A stretch of DNA of 64,000 nt from an uncultured Clostridia bacterium (GTDB taxonomy: Bacteria > Bacillota > Clostridia > Christensenellales > UBA1242). The notes under the pieces were generated by a model. That model was not told the origin of the DNA, searched no databases, and worked only from the letters and a program-made list of their open reading frames with translations. Every line of letters begins with the position of its first letter. Position 1 is the stretch's first letter. Below are positions 1 to 10,253 of the stretch, in pieces. The stretch covers positions 121,369 to 185,368 of the forward strand of contig CALVYP010000002.1 in NCBI GenBank assembly GCA_944372365.1. The letters are read 5' to 3'. The position numbers were made by a program, and so were the translations under genes.

Positions 1-818
1 TCAGGGCAATGAAAAAACTTATTTTTGATAAAGCTTTGATTGTAAGAAACATCTATGTGGGCGGAGGCACTCCAACCGTGCTTGATGCGCAGGAGCTTGA
101 CATGCTTTTAAGCGAGCTTAGTTTTAGGGTGAATGAATTTACAGTTGAGTGCGGCAGACCTGACACAATAACTCGTGAAAAACTGGATGTGCTTGAAAAA
201 CACGGGGTAAGCCGAATTTGCATCAATCCGCAAACATTTTCCAACGCCACATTAAAAAGGATAGGGCGTCAGCACACCAGCATGCAAACATTTGAAGCGT
301 ATAGTTTGGCGCTCGAAAAAGGCTTTAAAGTGAACATGGATGTTATAATCGGGTTGCCGGGCGAAAAGAGTGCGACAATCAAAAAAACAATTTCCACGCT
401 TTTAGAGCTTTATCCAAACAACATAACTCTTCACACATTGTGCGTTAAAAACGGCTCGGTTTTTAAAGACGAAAAACCAGAGCTTGGCTTTAAAAATCTT
501 TCAAAAATTTTAACTTTTGCCGAAAACCAACTTATGGAAAGCGGATATAAGCCATACTATCTGTATAGGCAAAAACATCAGCTTGGCGGGCTTGAAAATG
601 TCGGGTTTTATCGTGATGACGACATCTGCCAATTCAACATCGACAGTATGGAAGAAACCTCTTCAATAATAGCAGTGGGCGCAAACGCAATTTCAAAGCG
701 TGTGTTTTCGGTTGAAAAACGCATTGAAAGGCAGCCAAATGTAAAATTTTTGCCTGAATATATTCAAAGAATTGACGAAATGATCGAGCGCAAACAAAAA
801 CTTTTTAATAATGTATAA
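1..818 (+). CDS. HemN/HemZ-family radical-SAM oxidoreductase, C-terminal part (5' end lies upstream of the window)
   Basis: The frame is open to the window edge. It has YVGGGTPT and INPQTF..RIGRQHT motifs typical of HemN-like proteins. The CxxxCxxC cluster that normally precedes them is absent, so the CDS is truncated by the window. Confidence 0.7.
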   Translation, partial: RAMKKLIFDKALIVRNIYVGGGTPTVLDAQELDMLLSELSFRVNEFTVECGRPDTITREKLDVLEKHGVSRICINPQTFSNATLKRIGRQHTSMQTFEAYSLALEKGFKVNMDVIIGLPGEKSATIKKTISTLLELYPNNITLHTLCVKNGSVFKDEKPELGFKNLSKILTFAENQLMESGYKPYYLYRQKHQLGGLENVGFYRDDDICQFNIDSMEETSSIIAVGANAISKRVFSVEKRIERQPNVKFLPEYIQRIDEMIERKQKLFNNV

Positions 819-824
819 AAACGC

Positions 825-853
825 TTTACATTTTTAAGTAAATGTGCTATATT
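825..853 (+). promoter_or_regulatory. sigma-A-type promoter of rpsO
   Basis: TTTACA (825-830), 17-nt spacer, TGc-TATATT (848-853). Confidence 0.55.
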
Positions 854-859
854 GTCAAA

Positions 860-945
860 GTCGAAAACCTAGCAGCGCAGTCAAAACGAGATAACCTCTG
901 GCGTTTGGCTTCGTGATAGGATTAAAATAAAAATGGAGGTTTAAA
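860..945 (+). promoter_or_regulatory. rpsO 5' leader, possible S15 autoregulatory element
   Basis: About 86 nt of untranslated leader lies between the predicted TSS and the AGGAGG-type SD of rpsO. S15 is known to autoregulate through leader structures. No specific fold was verified here. Confidence 0.3.
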
Positions 946-1215
946 ATGGACGCAGATAAGAAAAAATCTATTATCGACCAATACAAACAAAGCGATAATG
1001 ACACTGGTTCGGTTCAAGTTCAAGTTGCTCTTTTAACTGAAAGAATAAATCATCTTACAGAGCATCTTAAAGCAAACCACAAAGATAACCATTCAAGGCG
1101 CGGGCTTCTGCAAATGGTTGGTAAAAGAAAAGGCTTTCTTCTTTATCTTAAAAACAAAGATATCGAAGCATACAGGGCTCTTATCAAATCTCTTGGCATA
1201 AGAGATGTAAAGTAA
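946..1215 (+). CDS. rpsO: 30S ribosomal protein S15
   Basis: 89 aa. [34 protein letters not shown] is the conserved S15 core. SD GGAGG upstream; pnp downstream. Confidence 0.97.
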   Translation: MDADKKKSIIDQYKQSDNDTGSVQVQVALLTERINHLTEHLKANHKDNHSRRGLLQMVGKRKGFLLYLKNKDIEAYRALIKSLGIRDVK

Positions 1216-1228
1216 ATTTAATAAAGGG

Positions 1229-1258
1229 AGGGTGCAAAAGTTTTTTTGCCCCTTTTTA
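1229..1258 (+). terminator. rpsO terminator / pnp-leader hairpin
   Basis: GGGtGCAAAA-GTTT-TTTTGCCCC stem followed by a T-run. This is the classical position of the rpsO-pnp intergenic hairpin. Confidence 0.6.
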
Positions 1259-1279
1259 TTTAAGTAAAGGAGATTTATT

Positions 1280-3370
1280 ATGACACATGCACAACAATTT
1301 GAAATTAAAATAGGCAGAGACAAGGTTGTTTTTGAAACCGGCGCTCTTTGCGAGCAGGCCAACGGCTCTTGCCTTGTTCGCTGTGGCGAAACAGTTGTTA
1401 TGGTTAACGCAACCATGGCAAAACAACCAAGGCCGGGCATCGATTTCTTCCCACTTGGCGTAGATTATGAAGAAAAAATGTATTCGGTTGGCAAAATTCC
1501 AGGTGGATTTAAAAAGAGAGAAGGCAGACCTTCCGACAAAGCAATCTTGACATCAAGATTGATCGATCGTCCACTTCGTCCGCTTTTCCCAAAGGGCTTT
1601 TTCAACGATGTTTCTGTGGTTGCCACAGTGCTTTCTGTCGACCCAGACCATGCACCAGAAGTTTTGGCAATGCTTGGCTCAAGCTTTGCGCTTTCAATTT
1701 CTGACATTCCTTTCCAAGGTCCAACGGGCTCGGTGCAGGTTGGCTTGATTGACGGCAAATTCATCATCAACCCAAATCAGCAAGAGCGTGAAATATCAAG
1801 GCTTGCGCTCACTGTCAGCGGAACAGAAGAGGCTGTTTTAATGGTTGAAGCAGGCGCAAAAGAAGTGCCAGAAGAAGTTATGCTTGATGCAATCATGACC
1901 GCTCATGAAGAAATTAAAAAGATTGTTAAATTCTTCAAAAAAGTCAAAAAACAAATTGGCAAACCGCTTAACACAAAAATTCAATATGAAATCGTTCCAG
2001 ATGAAATTGACAAAGCGGTTAGAGAATATGCCGACAAAATGCTCGACCATGCTCTCGACACCTTCGACAGAACCGAAAGGCAAGAGCGTCAAGACAAGGT
2101 TGACGAAGATGTTAAAGCGCACTTTGCAGAAATTTTCCCAGACAGCGAAAAATTTATCGGCGATGTGCTTTATAAAATGACCAAAGAAAAGGTTAGGGCA
2201 AAAATTCTTAATCAAGGCATCCGTCCGGATGGTAGAAAACTCACCGAAATCAGACCTATTTGGTGCGAAGTGGGCGTTCTTCCAAGAGTTCACGGCTCGG
2301 CAGTGTTCACTCGCGGACAAACTCAGGTGCTTACATCTCTCACTCTTGGCACAGTTTCAGATATGCAAAAGCTTGAGGGCTTGGATGACGAAGAAGTTAA
2401 CAGATATGTTCATCACTACAACATGCCTCCATATGCCACAGGCGAAGCAAGGCCATTAAAAAGCCCAGGAAGAAGAGAAATCGGCCACGGCGCGCTTGCT
2501 GAAAGGGCGTTAGAGCCTGTTATTCCAAGCGAAGAAGAATTTCCATATGCTCTCAGGCTTGTAAGCGAAGTAACATCTTCAAACGGCTCTTCATCAATGG
2601 CCAGCGTGTGCGGTTCAACTCTTGCACTTATGGATGGTGGCGTGCCAATCTCATCGCCGGTTGCAGGAATTGCAATGGGGCTTATCAAAGATGACACTTC
2701 TCACAAAGTTGCAGTTTTAAGCGATATTCAAGGCCTTGAAGATTTCCTTGGCGATATGGACTTTAAAGTTACAGGCACAGAGAAAGGCGTGACTGCAATT
2801 CAAATGGACATCAAAATTAAAGGCATCGACAAAGATATTCTCACAACCGCGCTTAAACAAGCACGAGAAGGCAGAATGTTTATTATGAACAAACTTCTTG
2901 AATGCTTGCCTCAGCCACGCACGGAGCTTTCAAAATACGCTCCAAAAATCATCACTTTCTCAATCGATCCAGACAAGATTAAAGATGTTATTGGCTCGGG
3001 CGGAAAAACCATCAACAAAATCATCGATGAAACAGGCGTTAAAATTGACATTGAAGATGACGGACAAGTGTTTATCGCAAGTGAAAACATCGATATGGCT
3101 CAAAAAGCAAAACAGATTGTTCTTTCAATTGTCGAAGATTTTGAAGTTGGCAAAATCTATGAAGGCAGCGTTTCAAGAATTATGACCTTTGGTGCTTTTG
3201 TTGAAATTTTGGGTGGCAAAGAAGGTATGATTCACATTTCAAAACTTTCACCAAAGCGTGTTGAAAAAGTTGAAGATGTTGTCAAAGTTGGCGACAAAGT
3301 TAAAGTTGAAGTCATCAAAATTGACGATAAAGGCAGAGTAGACATGAAACTTATCGAAAAATGCAACTAA
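1280..3370 (+). CDS. pnp: polyribonucleotide nucleotidyltransferase (PNPase)
   Basis: 696 aa with two RNase PH-like halves ([11 protein letters not shown].., [10 protein letters not shown]) and C-terminal KH and S1 regions. SD AAAGGAG. Confidence 0.97.
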   Translation: MTHAQQFEIKIGRDKVVFETGALCEQANGSCLVRCGETVVMVNATMAKQPRPGIDFFPLGVDYEEKMYSVGKIPGGFKKREGRPSDKAILTSRLIDRPLRPLFPKGFFNDVSVVATVLSVDPDHAPEVLAMLGSSFALSISDIPFQGPTGSVQVGLIDGKFIINPNQQEREISRLALTVSGTEEAVLMVEAGAKEVPEEVMLDAIMTAHEEIKKIVKFFKKVKKQIGKPLNTKIQYEIVPDEIDKAVREYADKMLDHALDTFDRTERQERQDKVDEDVKAHFAEIFPDSEKFIGDVLYKMTKEKVRAKILNQGIRPDGRKLTEIRPIWCEVGVLPRVHGSAVFTRGQTQVLTSLTLGTVSDMQKLEGLDDEEVNRYVHHYNMPPYATGEARPLKSPGRREIGHGALAERALEPVIPSEEEFPYALRLVSEVTSSNGSSSMASVCGSTLALMDGGVPISSPVAGIAMGLIKDDTSHKVAVLSDIQGLEDFLGDMDFKVTGTEKGVTAIQMDIKIKGIDKDILTTALKQAREGRMFIMNKLLECLPQPRTELSKYAPKIITFSIDPDKIKDVIGSGGKTINKIIDETGVKIDIEDDGQVFIASENIDMAQKAKQIVLSIVEDFEVGKIYEGSVSRIMTFGAFVEILGGKEGMIHISKLSPKRVEKVEDVVKVGDKVKVEVIKIDDKGRVDMKLIEKCN

Positions 3371-3383
3371 CAATTAAAAAAAT

Positions 3384-3419
3384 AAAAAATCAAGGGCAAA
3401 ACTGTTCTTGATTTTTTTA
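3384..3419 (+). terminator. rho-independent terminator of pnp
   Basis: AAAAAATCAAG / CTTGATTTTTT 11-bp stem followed by a T-run. Confidence 0.7.
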
Positions 3420-3439
3420 TGACAGCATAGATTAGAAGC

Positions 3440-4171
3440 ATGAAAAAGTTAAATGTTTTTGTTTTTAAAAAGTATGTTGTAAATCTTTGCATAATAGGGG
3501 TGGTTGCGCTGATTGCGATTGCGGTAGCGCTTGGCATAACCTTAAACAAACCATCTCAGCAAGCCTCAACATCGCAAGGCGCAATCTATCAAGGCGACAC
3601 ATCGTCAAACAAAATCAGTTTGATGATAAATGTTTACTGGGGGACTGAGTATTTGGGCGATATGCTGGATGTTTTAGATGAAAAAAATGTTAAAGCAACC
3701 TTTTTTGTAGGCGGCGTTTGGGCAGCTGATAACGAGCAGTTGCTTGTTTCAATGGTGGAGCGTGGCCACGAAATTGGCAATCATGCCTATTCGCATAAAG
3801 ATCATGACAAACTCACCGCCGAAAGCAGCAAAAAAGAAATTTCAACCACTCACAACTTGGTTAAAAGCATGACGGGCGTGGATATGACATTGTTTGCACC
3901 ACCAAGCGGAGCTTTTAACAGTCAAACAGTAGAGTGTGCCAAAGAGCTTGGCTACAAAACCATAATGTGGACGCGTGACACAATAGATTGGCGCGATCAA
4001 GATGCAAATTTAATCTACAACAGGGCGATAGAAAACGCCAAGGGCGGCGACTTTATACTCATGCATCCAACCGCTTGCACACTTGAAAGCCTGCCAAAAA
4101 TTATTGATACTTTAATCCAAAACGGCTTTTCGCTTACAACCGTGTCAGATAATTTGGTGGAAAGTGATTAA
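3440..4171 (+). CDS. polysaccharide deacetylase family protein (YlxY/PdaB-like, sporulation-associated)
   Basis: N-terminal TM segment and NodB-type motifs (FFVGG.., NHAYSHKD, MHP). It sits directly after pnp, as ylxY does in Bacillus subtilis. Confidence 0.75.
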   Translation: MKKLNVFVFKKYVVNLCIIGVVALIAIAVALGITLNKPSQQASTSQGAIYQGDTSSNKISLMINVYWGTEYLGDMLDVLDEKNVKATFFVGGVWAADNEQLLVSMVERGHEIGNHAYSHKDHDKLTAESSKKEISTTHNLVKSMTGVDMTLFAPPSGAFNSQTVECAKELGYKTIMWTRDTIDWRDQDANLIYNRAIENAKGGDFILMHPTACTLESLPKIIDTLIQNGFSLTTVSDNLVESD

Positions 4172-4218
4172 AATGTGTCAATTTGACAAAAAAATAACCT
4201 GTTTTGGCATTTAGAAAT

Positions 4219-4247
4219 TTGCAACTTTAATTTTAGTATGCTATAAT
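4219..4247 (+). promoter_or_regulatory. sigma-A-type promoter abutting the ftsK start codon
   Basis: TTGCAA (4219-4224), 17 nt, TGc-TATAAT (4242-4247). Only 6 nt separate it from ATG 4254, and there is no SD. Confidence 0.55.
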
Positions 4248-4253
4248 TACATT

Positions 4254-7028
4254 ATGGCTAAGTATAAAATTCACAAAAAACAAAAGTCATCAAATCCAAA
4301 CGCAAAGAAAATTGCAGGGATAGTGCTGATCGCTCTTTCTTGCCTTGCGTTTTTCTTTTTGCTTACAAATCTTGTTGGGTTTATGCAAGATTTTTTGCTT
4401 GGAACTTTTGGCTATTTTGCTTATATTTTGTTTATATTATTGTTTTTGCTTGGTGTGGGGCTTTTAAACAACAAAAAATATAAACTTGCAAAAAAATATG
4501 CTATATTTTTATACCTAACAGTTTTCTTTTTGTTTTGCATAATTCAGCTTGCCGTGGTGGGTGATAAGGCAGGCAGTTTTGGCGAGTATCTTGCCACCAA
4601 CTACACTCAAAAACACACCGCCGGTGGCATAATTTTTGGCTTGTTTACAACATGCATATTGTATCTGACAAACTTTGCATGGGCGTTTGTTATATTCAGC
4701 ATTGCGTTTGTCATTTGTCTTGCTCTTTACATTGACGCACTCATATTTCTTAAACGCAAACAAAATCAGGAAAAACCGGTTAAGTTAAACATAAAAGAAG
4801 TAAAGCGCGAGCAAGCCGAAAAACAGCAAATAAATGTTGTTATGAGCGGAAATGTAGAGCAAAAGCTTTCTAGAACCGAAGAAATAAAACAAAAACTTGG
4901 GCTTTCTAAGCGCGCGTTAAATCAACCTATCGTGCAAACAGAAAAGCCACAAGCGCCTAAAAAAGTAGACCCTAAACAACTGCAAGGCGATGACCTTAAA
5001 AAATATTTGCTCACGCCGCCTGAGGTTGATATAAACACCTATTTTTCACAAGACGCACGCTCATATGCGCGCAACGGCATAACATCTCAGCCGTTTAGGC
5101 AGGAGATTGATGCAAACATACAAAACTTAAAGCAACAAACTTTGCCTCAAACAAATGTAAGCGAAGTTGCAAGCGCTCAGCCAGAACAACTTGTAAGCGA
5201 AGCGGATGACATCATCAAAGAAGTTCTGCAAGAAAACAACATTATTGCAAGCGATCAAGCTCAGCAAGAAACAAATCAAAATCAGCCTTCAAGCCGCGAT
5301 TTCGATAGGCGCGACCGTGATTTCGAATCTCGTGATCGTGACTTAGACAGGCGTGACCGTGACTTAGACAGGCGTGACCGTGACTTAGACAGGCGTGACC
5401 GCAATTTCGACAGACAGCCGTCTCATGATGAGACTATTTCGCCAAAGCGTGAAGAGCTTTCTCGTGACGGCAATTTCTCTGTTCCTCAACCTCCGCAAAA
5501 CCAAGAGGGCAGCAAGCGTTTTGTTGATATTGACGGCGATGATCAACCGCAAGAGCAGCCACCATATCACTACACGCGTCCGCCAATAGATTTGATTACA
5601 ACTCAGTCAACCAACATGAGTGAATTTGACGACAACATCGCCGAAAAAACAGGGTTGTTGGAGCATACGCTTGAAGATTTTGGCGTGCCTGCCAAAGTGC
5701 AAAATGTGGTTATTGGGCCAGCCGTAACAAGATATGAGCTTGAAATGCCAACAGGCATAACCGTTAAAAAGATTTTAAATCTTTCAAGCGACATAGCTCT
5801 TGCGCTGGAAGCAAACGGCGGAGATGTGCGAATTGAAGCGCCAGTTCCGGGCAGAAATGTTGTGGGCGTGGAAGTGCCAAACGATAAAGTTGCAATGGTT
5901 TCACTTAAAGATGTAATCGTGTCAAACGAGTTTAACAACGCCAAGTCGCCACTTTCTTTTGCAGTGGGCAAGGATATCACTGGCAGAATTATGGTTGGCG
6001 CTCTCAACAAAATGCCGCATCTTTTGATCGCCGGCACAACTGGCTCTGGCAAAAGTGTTATGCTTAACAGCATAATCATCTCGCTTTTATATAAAACTTC
6101 GCCAGAAGATTGCAAACTGCTTTTAATCGACCCTAAACAAGTTGAGTTTATGCCATATGAAGGCATTCCGCATCTTATTGTGCCAAAGGTTATCTCTGAC
6201 ATCAACAAAGCTTCCAACGCTTTGCAATGGGCAACCGACGAGATGGAGCGCAGGTTTAGGCTTATTCGCGAAGCGAGAGTAAAAGACATAGACGAGTATA
6301 ATTTCACACCAGAAGTTGTAAGTGGCAAAAAGAAGAAGATGCCGTTTATTGTTGTTATCATCGACGAGTTCTCAGATTTCATCATGCAAGGCAAAAAGGA
6401 AGTTGAAGACAAAATCATTCGTCTTGGACAAAAGGCTAGGGCAGCGGGCATACATTTGATTTTGGCAACGCAATATCCAACTGCCGAATATGTCACTGGC
6501 GGAATCAAAGCCAACTTCCCATCTCGCATAGCGTTTAAAGTGGCAAGCAGAGTCAACTCGGATGTTATTTTGGGCATGACGGGCGCTGAAAAATTGCTTG
6601 GGCATGGCGATATGCTCTATGCTCCGCAGGAATATTCTTCTGCGCCAAAGCGTGTGCAGGGCTGTTTTATAACCACGCGTGAAATTGCCGACATTGTAAA
6701 CTATGTAACCTTGAACAATGAGCCAATTTTTGATAAAGAAATTCAAGATGCCATCAACAACATGCCAAAAAATAATGCGGGCGAATTTGGCGACAAAGGC
6801 GGCATGGATCCACTTTTGCCAGATGCGCTTAAAATATGCATTGATGCAGGGCAGGCGTCAGTTTCTATGATTCAGCGCAGGCTTGCAATCGGCTATCCAA
6901 GGGCAGGCAAGATTGTCGATCAAATGACAGAGATGGGCTACATTTCTGTTGCAGATGGCGCTAAGCCAAGAAATGTTTACATCACTTTGGAAGAGTACTA
7001 TCAAATTTTTGGTGAGAATTACGAATAA
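4254..7028 (+). CDS. ftsK: DNA translocase FtsK/SpoIIIE
   Basis: 924 aa. N-terminal TM helices, long low-complexity linker, motor domain with Walker A GTTGSGKS, and a C-terminal gamma wHTH (SMIQRRLAIGYPRAGKIVDQMTEMGYIS). Confidence 0.95.
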   Translation: MAKYKIHKKQKSSNPNAKKIAGIVLIALSCLAFFFLLTNLVGFMQDFLLGTFGYFAYILFILLFLLGVGLLNNKKYKLAKKYAIFLYLTVFFLFCIIQLAVVGDKAGSFGEYLATNYTQKHTAGGIIFGLFTTCILYLTNFAWAFVIFSIAFVICLALYIDALIFLKRKQNQEKPVKLNIKEVKREQAEKQQINVVMSGNVEQKLSRTEEIKQKLGLSKRALNQPIVQTEKPQAPKKVDPKQLQGDDLKKYLLTPPEVDINTYFSQDARSYARNGITSQPFRQEIDANIQNLKQQTLPQTNVSEVASAQPEQLVSEADDIIKEVLQENNIIASDQAQQETNQNQPSSRDFDRRDRDFESRDRDLDRRDRDLDRRDRDLDRRDRNFDRQPSHDETISPKREELSRDGNFSVPQPPQNQEGSKRFVDIDGDDQPQEQPPYHYTRPPIDLITTQSTNMSEFDDNIAEKTGLLEHTLEDFGVPAKVQNVVIGPAVTRYELEMPTGITVKKILNLSSDIALALEANGGDVRIEAPVPGRNVVGVEVPNDKVAMVSLKDVIVSNEFNNAKSPLSFAVGKDITGRIMVGALNKMPHLLIAGTTGSGKSVMLNSIIISLLYKTSPEDCKLLLIDPKQVEFMPYEGIPHLIVPKVISDINKASNALQWATDEMERRFRLIREARVKDIDEYNFTPEVVSGKKKKMPFIVVIIDEFSDFIMQGKKEVEDKIIRLGQKARAAGIHLILATQYPTAEYVTGGIKANFPSRIAFKVASRVNSDVILGMTGAEKLLGHGDMLYAPQEYSSAPKRVQGCFITTREIADIVNYVTLNNEPIFDKEIQDAINNMPKNNAGEFGDKGGMDPLLPDALKICIDAGQASVSMIQRRLAIGYPRAGKIVDQMTEMGYISVADGAKPRNVYITLEEYYQIFGENYE
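5295..5414 (+). repeat. in-frame 21-bp tandem repeat in the FtsK linker (RDRDLDR heptads)
   Basis: CGTGACCGTGACTTAGACAGG is perfect at 5352-5372 and 5373-5393. There is a 1-mismatch copy at 5331-5351 and degenerate copies on both sides. Confidence 0.9.
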
Positions 7029-7037
7029 GAGGAAAAG

Positions 7038-8360
7038 ATGACAAAAGAGCAATTATCGTTAAAAAAAGTATCTGCAATTTCGCTTGGTTGTGACAAAAAC
7101 CGAGTCGATCTTGAAAAGATGCTTTTTTTGCTTAGAGATTATGGTTTTCAAATTGTTGCAGATGTGCATGATGCCGACATAGTTATTGTAAACACATGCG
7201 CGTTTATCTTGCCAGCGAAGCAGGAAGCGATTGACAACATCATTGAAATGGAAGCCTTAAAAAAGGCGGGAGTGATTGAAAAGATTGTTGTAACTGGTTG
7301 TCTGCCACAGCGAAATTTTGACGAATTAAAAAGCGCGTTTCCAAGCGTTGATGCCATAGTTAAACTTAGCGACAATAAAAATATTGTAAACATAATGGAA
7401 TCGCTCTACGGTGTGCAAAAATCAAAATGTGCCGAGAGTTATGACAGAATTCTTACTACATATTGTGGTTACGCCTATTTAAAGATTGCAGATGGCTGCA
7501 ACAATGTTTGCTCGTTTTGCACGATTCCTCGCATTCGCGGCATCTATAAAAGTGTTGAAATGGATGAGCTTGTAAGCGAAGCAAAACTGCTTGTAAGTCG
7601 CGGGATTAAAGAGCTTATTTTGGTGGCACAGGACACAACCAGATACGGCATAGATTTGTATGGCAAACCTATGCTTATTGAACTTTGCAAAAAACTTATC
7701 AAAATCAAAGGCTTGCAGTGGATTAGAATTCACTATGCCTATCCAGAAATGATCACCGACGAGCTTTTAAATTTTATCACTCTCCAGCCAAAGATGTGCA
7801 ACTATCTTGATATTCCGTTGCAGCATATCGACAACGACGTGTTAAAAGATATGCGCAGGCGTGGCGATGAAAAATTTGTTAGATCTCTTATTCAAAAAAT
7901 CAAAACAGACTATCCACAAATCAAACTGCGCTCAACCTTTATGGTTGGTTTTCCGGGTGAGAGCAGAAAGGCATATAAAAAGCTTATTGAATTTTTAAAG
8001 TGGGCAAAGCTTGATTATGTTGGTTTCTTTCCATACTTTCGCGAAGAGAACACTGTTAGCTATTTTATGAAAAACCAAATTTCGTCTTTTACAAAAAAAA
8101 TGCGGCTTAAAGGTGTGCAAAAAGTGCAGCAACAGATTGCTTATCAAAATGCAATCGAGCAAATTGGCAAAAAAATGACGCTTCTTGTCGATTATTTTGA
8201 TGAGGAAAACGCAGTTTATAGTTGTCACAGCGAAATTCTCTCTCCATCAGTTGACTTTGATGTCAAAATTGTGGATAATAAAAATGTAAAAGTTGGGCAA
8301 ATGGTGGATGCCGTTATAACCGATTTTGACGGCAACAGTTTTAAAGGAGAAATAAAGTGA
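7038..8360 (+). CDS. rimO: ribosomal protein S12 methylthiotransferase RimO
   Basis: UPF0004 N-domain, radical-SAM CNNVCSFCTIP and a C-terminal TRAM-like region. ftsK-rimO-pgsA-recA synteny. SD AAGAGGA. Confidence 0.85.
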   Translation: MTKEQLSLKKVSAISLGCDKNRVDLEKMLFLLRDYGFQIVADVHDADIVIVNTCAFILPAKQEAIDNIIEMEALKKAGVIEKIVVTGCLPQRNFDELKSAFPSVDAIVKLSDNKNIVNIMESLYGVQKSKCAESYDRILTTYCGYAYLKIADGCNNVCSFCTIPRIRGIYKSVEMDELVSEAKLLVSRGIKELILVAQDTTRYGIDLYGKPMLIELCKKLIKIKGLQWIRIHYAYPEMITDELLNFITLQPKMCNYLDIPLQHIDNDVLKDMRRRGDEKFVRSLIQKIKTDYPQIKLRSTFMVGFPGESRKAYKKLIEFLKWAKLDYVGFFPYFREENTVSYFMKNQISSFTKKMRLKGVQKVQQQIAYQNAIEQIGKKMTLLVDYFDEENAVYSCHSEILSPSVDFDVKIVDNKNVKVGQMVDAVITDFDGNSFKGEIK

Positions 8361-9223
8361 ATTTACCAAACAAAATAACAATTTCAAGAATTTGCTTAAT
8401 TCCGCTGGTTATCTTTTTCTTTATGGCAGATTTTATTCCGTATGGCAAGCTTGTGGCTGCGCTTATATTTGGAATTGCTGCAATAACCGATAACATCGAC
8501 GGCAGAATTGCAAGAAAGCGCAATCTAGTAACCGATCTTGGCAAGTTTTTAGACCCAATTGCCGACAAAATTTTGGTTATGAGCGGGCTGCTTTTAATCA
8601 TCGCATGGCCGGTTTCAGGCGATGGCTTTGTAAGCGCACTGCCAGCTGTAACGCCAGTTTGGCTTGGCATTTTATGCACAATTTTAATTTTGGGAAGAGA
8701 GTTGATTATCAGCGCCTTTCGTCAAATTGCGGCAACAAAAAAACTTGTGCTTGCCGCTGATAAATCTGGCAAAATCAAGGCTGCTTTTCAGGATGTGACA
8801 ATCTTTTTATACATGATCTATGCGTTCATAATCGTAGAGTTCTATCCATCTATTGGCAGCACAGCCAACACGGTTTTAAATGTGATTTTAATCATACTGC
8901 TTGCAATCACAACCATCCTTACAATAACTTCTGGCATTGGCTACATCATCAAAAACTTCCATGTGCTTAAAGATGAAAACCCAATGCTTGACGCCGAAAA
9001 ATATCAATATGATCTAATCATTCCAGAAGTGATGTCGGAGTTTATTTCAGAAGGCGTGATCAGCGCAGATAAAATTGCAGCAAGGTTTAATTTGCCCGAA
9101 AAGCGTTCAAAAAAGATAATCAAAGATATGGCAGAACTTGGCTACATCTCAGAAGACGGCGACGAGCGTGAAATTTTGATCAGCGAAAAAGAATTTAGAA
9201 ATGTTTTTGAAAGAGGAGAATGA
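8357..9223 (+). CDS. pgsA: CDP-diacylglycerol--glycerol-3-phosphate 3-phosphatidyltransferase with an extra C-terminal wHTH-like tail
   Basis: CDP-alcohol phosphatidyltransferase motif [30 protein letters not shown] start overlaps the rimO stop (GTGA). 288 aa, versus the roughly 180-195 aa I recall as usual. The tail resembles FtsK gamma. Confidence 0.88.
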   Translation: MNLPNKITISRICLIPLVIFFFMADFIPYGKLVAALIFGIAAITDNIDGRIARKRNLVTDLGKFLDPIADKILVMSGLLLIIAWPVSGDGFVSALPAVTPVWLGILCTILILGRELIISAFRQIAATKKLVLAADKSGKIKAAFQDVTIFLYMIYAFIIVEFYPSIGSTANTVLNVILIILLAITTILTITSGIGYIIKNFHVLKDENPMLDAEKYQYDLIIPEVMSEFISEGVISADKIAARFNLPEKRSKKIIKDMAELGYISEDGDEREILISEKEFRNVFERGE

Positions 9224-9224
9224 T

Positions 9225-10253
9225 ATGGAAAAGAAATTAACCAAAGAAGATGCACTTGCCGAAGCGCTCAGCCAAATTGAAAAGCAGTATGGCAAAGGCT
9301 CAATCATGAAGCTTGGTGACAATGTAAATCAAAAGGTGGATGTCATTCCAACTGGCTGTCTTACACTTGATTTAGCGCTTGGCATTGGCGGCGTTCCAAG
9401 GGGCAGAGTTATAGAAATTTACGGGCCAGAATCTTCTGGTAAAACCACAGTTTCTTTGCATATAATTGCCGAAGCACAAAAGATGGGTGGCACGGCAGCA
9501 TTTATTGATGCCGAGCATGCGCTTGACCCAAGTTATGCCGAAAAACTTGGCGTAGTTTTAAAAGATTTGTATGTTTCTCAGCCAGATAACGGTGAGCAAG
9601 CGTTAAACATTTGCGATATGCTTGTGCGCTCGGGCGGGGTTGATGTTGTGGTTGTCGACAGTGTTGCGGCGCTCACTCCAAAAGCGGAAATAGACGGCGA
9701 AATGGGCGATAACCATGTTGGCTTGCAGGCAAGAATGATGTCGCAGGCATTAAGAAAACTTACTGGTGCAATCAACAAAAGCAACACAACCGTGATTTTC
9801 ATCAACCAGCTTAGAGATAAAATCGGCGTAATCTATGGCTCGCCAGAAACCACTGCGGGTGGCAAAGCTCTTAAATTTTACGCAAGCGTAAGGCTTGATG
9901 TAAGAAAAGGCGAGGCAATCAAAGACGGCGCAAACATAATCGGCAACAAAACCAAAGTTAAGGTTGTTAAAAACAAACTTGCTCCGCCATTTAAGGTTGC
10001 CGAATTTGACATTGTTTATGGCAAAGGTATTTCAAAAACCGGTTGCATAATCGACCTTGCTTTGCAGTTTGGAATAATTAAAAAGTCTGGCTCGTGGTTT
10101 TCATATCAAGATGAAAAAATTGGGCAAGGCAAAGAAAACACTAAGGCATATTTGGAAAGCAATCCGCAAATTTTGCAAGAGATTGAAAAACTTATCATCG
10201 ATGAAGTCAACAAAGATGGCTTGCCTATTGAAGTTGGCGCAGATGAAGAATAA
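9225..10253 (+). CDS. recA: recombinase RecA
   Basis: GPESSGKTT Walker A, with strong RecA similarity throughout. ATG 9225 is preferred over the ORF-track 9201 because GAGGAG lies 7 nt upstream and pgsA ends at 9223. Confidence 0.97.
   Translation: MEKKLTKEDALAEALSQIEKQYGKGSIMKLGDNVNQKVDVIPTGCLTLDLALGIGGVPRGRVIEIYGPESSGKTTVSLHIIAEAQKMGGTAAFIDAEHALDPSYAEKLGVVLKDLYVSQPDNGEQALNICDMLVRSGGVDVVVVDSVAALTPKAEIDGEMGDNHVGLQARMMSQALRKLTGAINKSNTTVIFINQLRDKIGVIYGSPETTAGGKALKFYASVRLDVRKGEAIKDGANIIGNKTKVKVVKNKLAPPFKVAEFDIVYGKGISKTGCIIDLALQFGIIKKSGSWFSYQDEKIGQGKENTKAYLESNPQILQEIEKLIIDEVNKDGLPIEVGADEE

Noticed and set aside
5295-5414. Tandem 21-bp repeats as a possible CRISPR or minisatellite locus.
   Set aside because: The units are contiguous without spacers, in frame, and lie inside the FtsK linker. 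This is a coding repeat and not a CRISPR array.
5603-6577. Long antisense ORFs inside well-supported genes: 5603..6577 (-) in ftsK, 38309..38809 (-) in plsX, 41928..42482 (-) in smc, 55785..56333 (-) in thrS, 61957..62541 (-) in rpsB/tsf, and similar cases.
   Set aside because: These are shadow ORFs opposite strongly conserved genes. Their translations are low-complexity (Ser/Leu/Ile-rich) and lack start signals.
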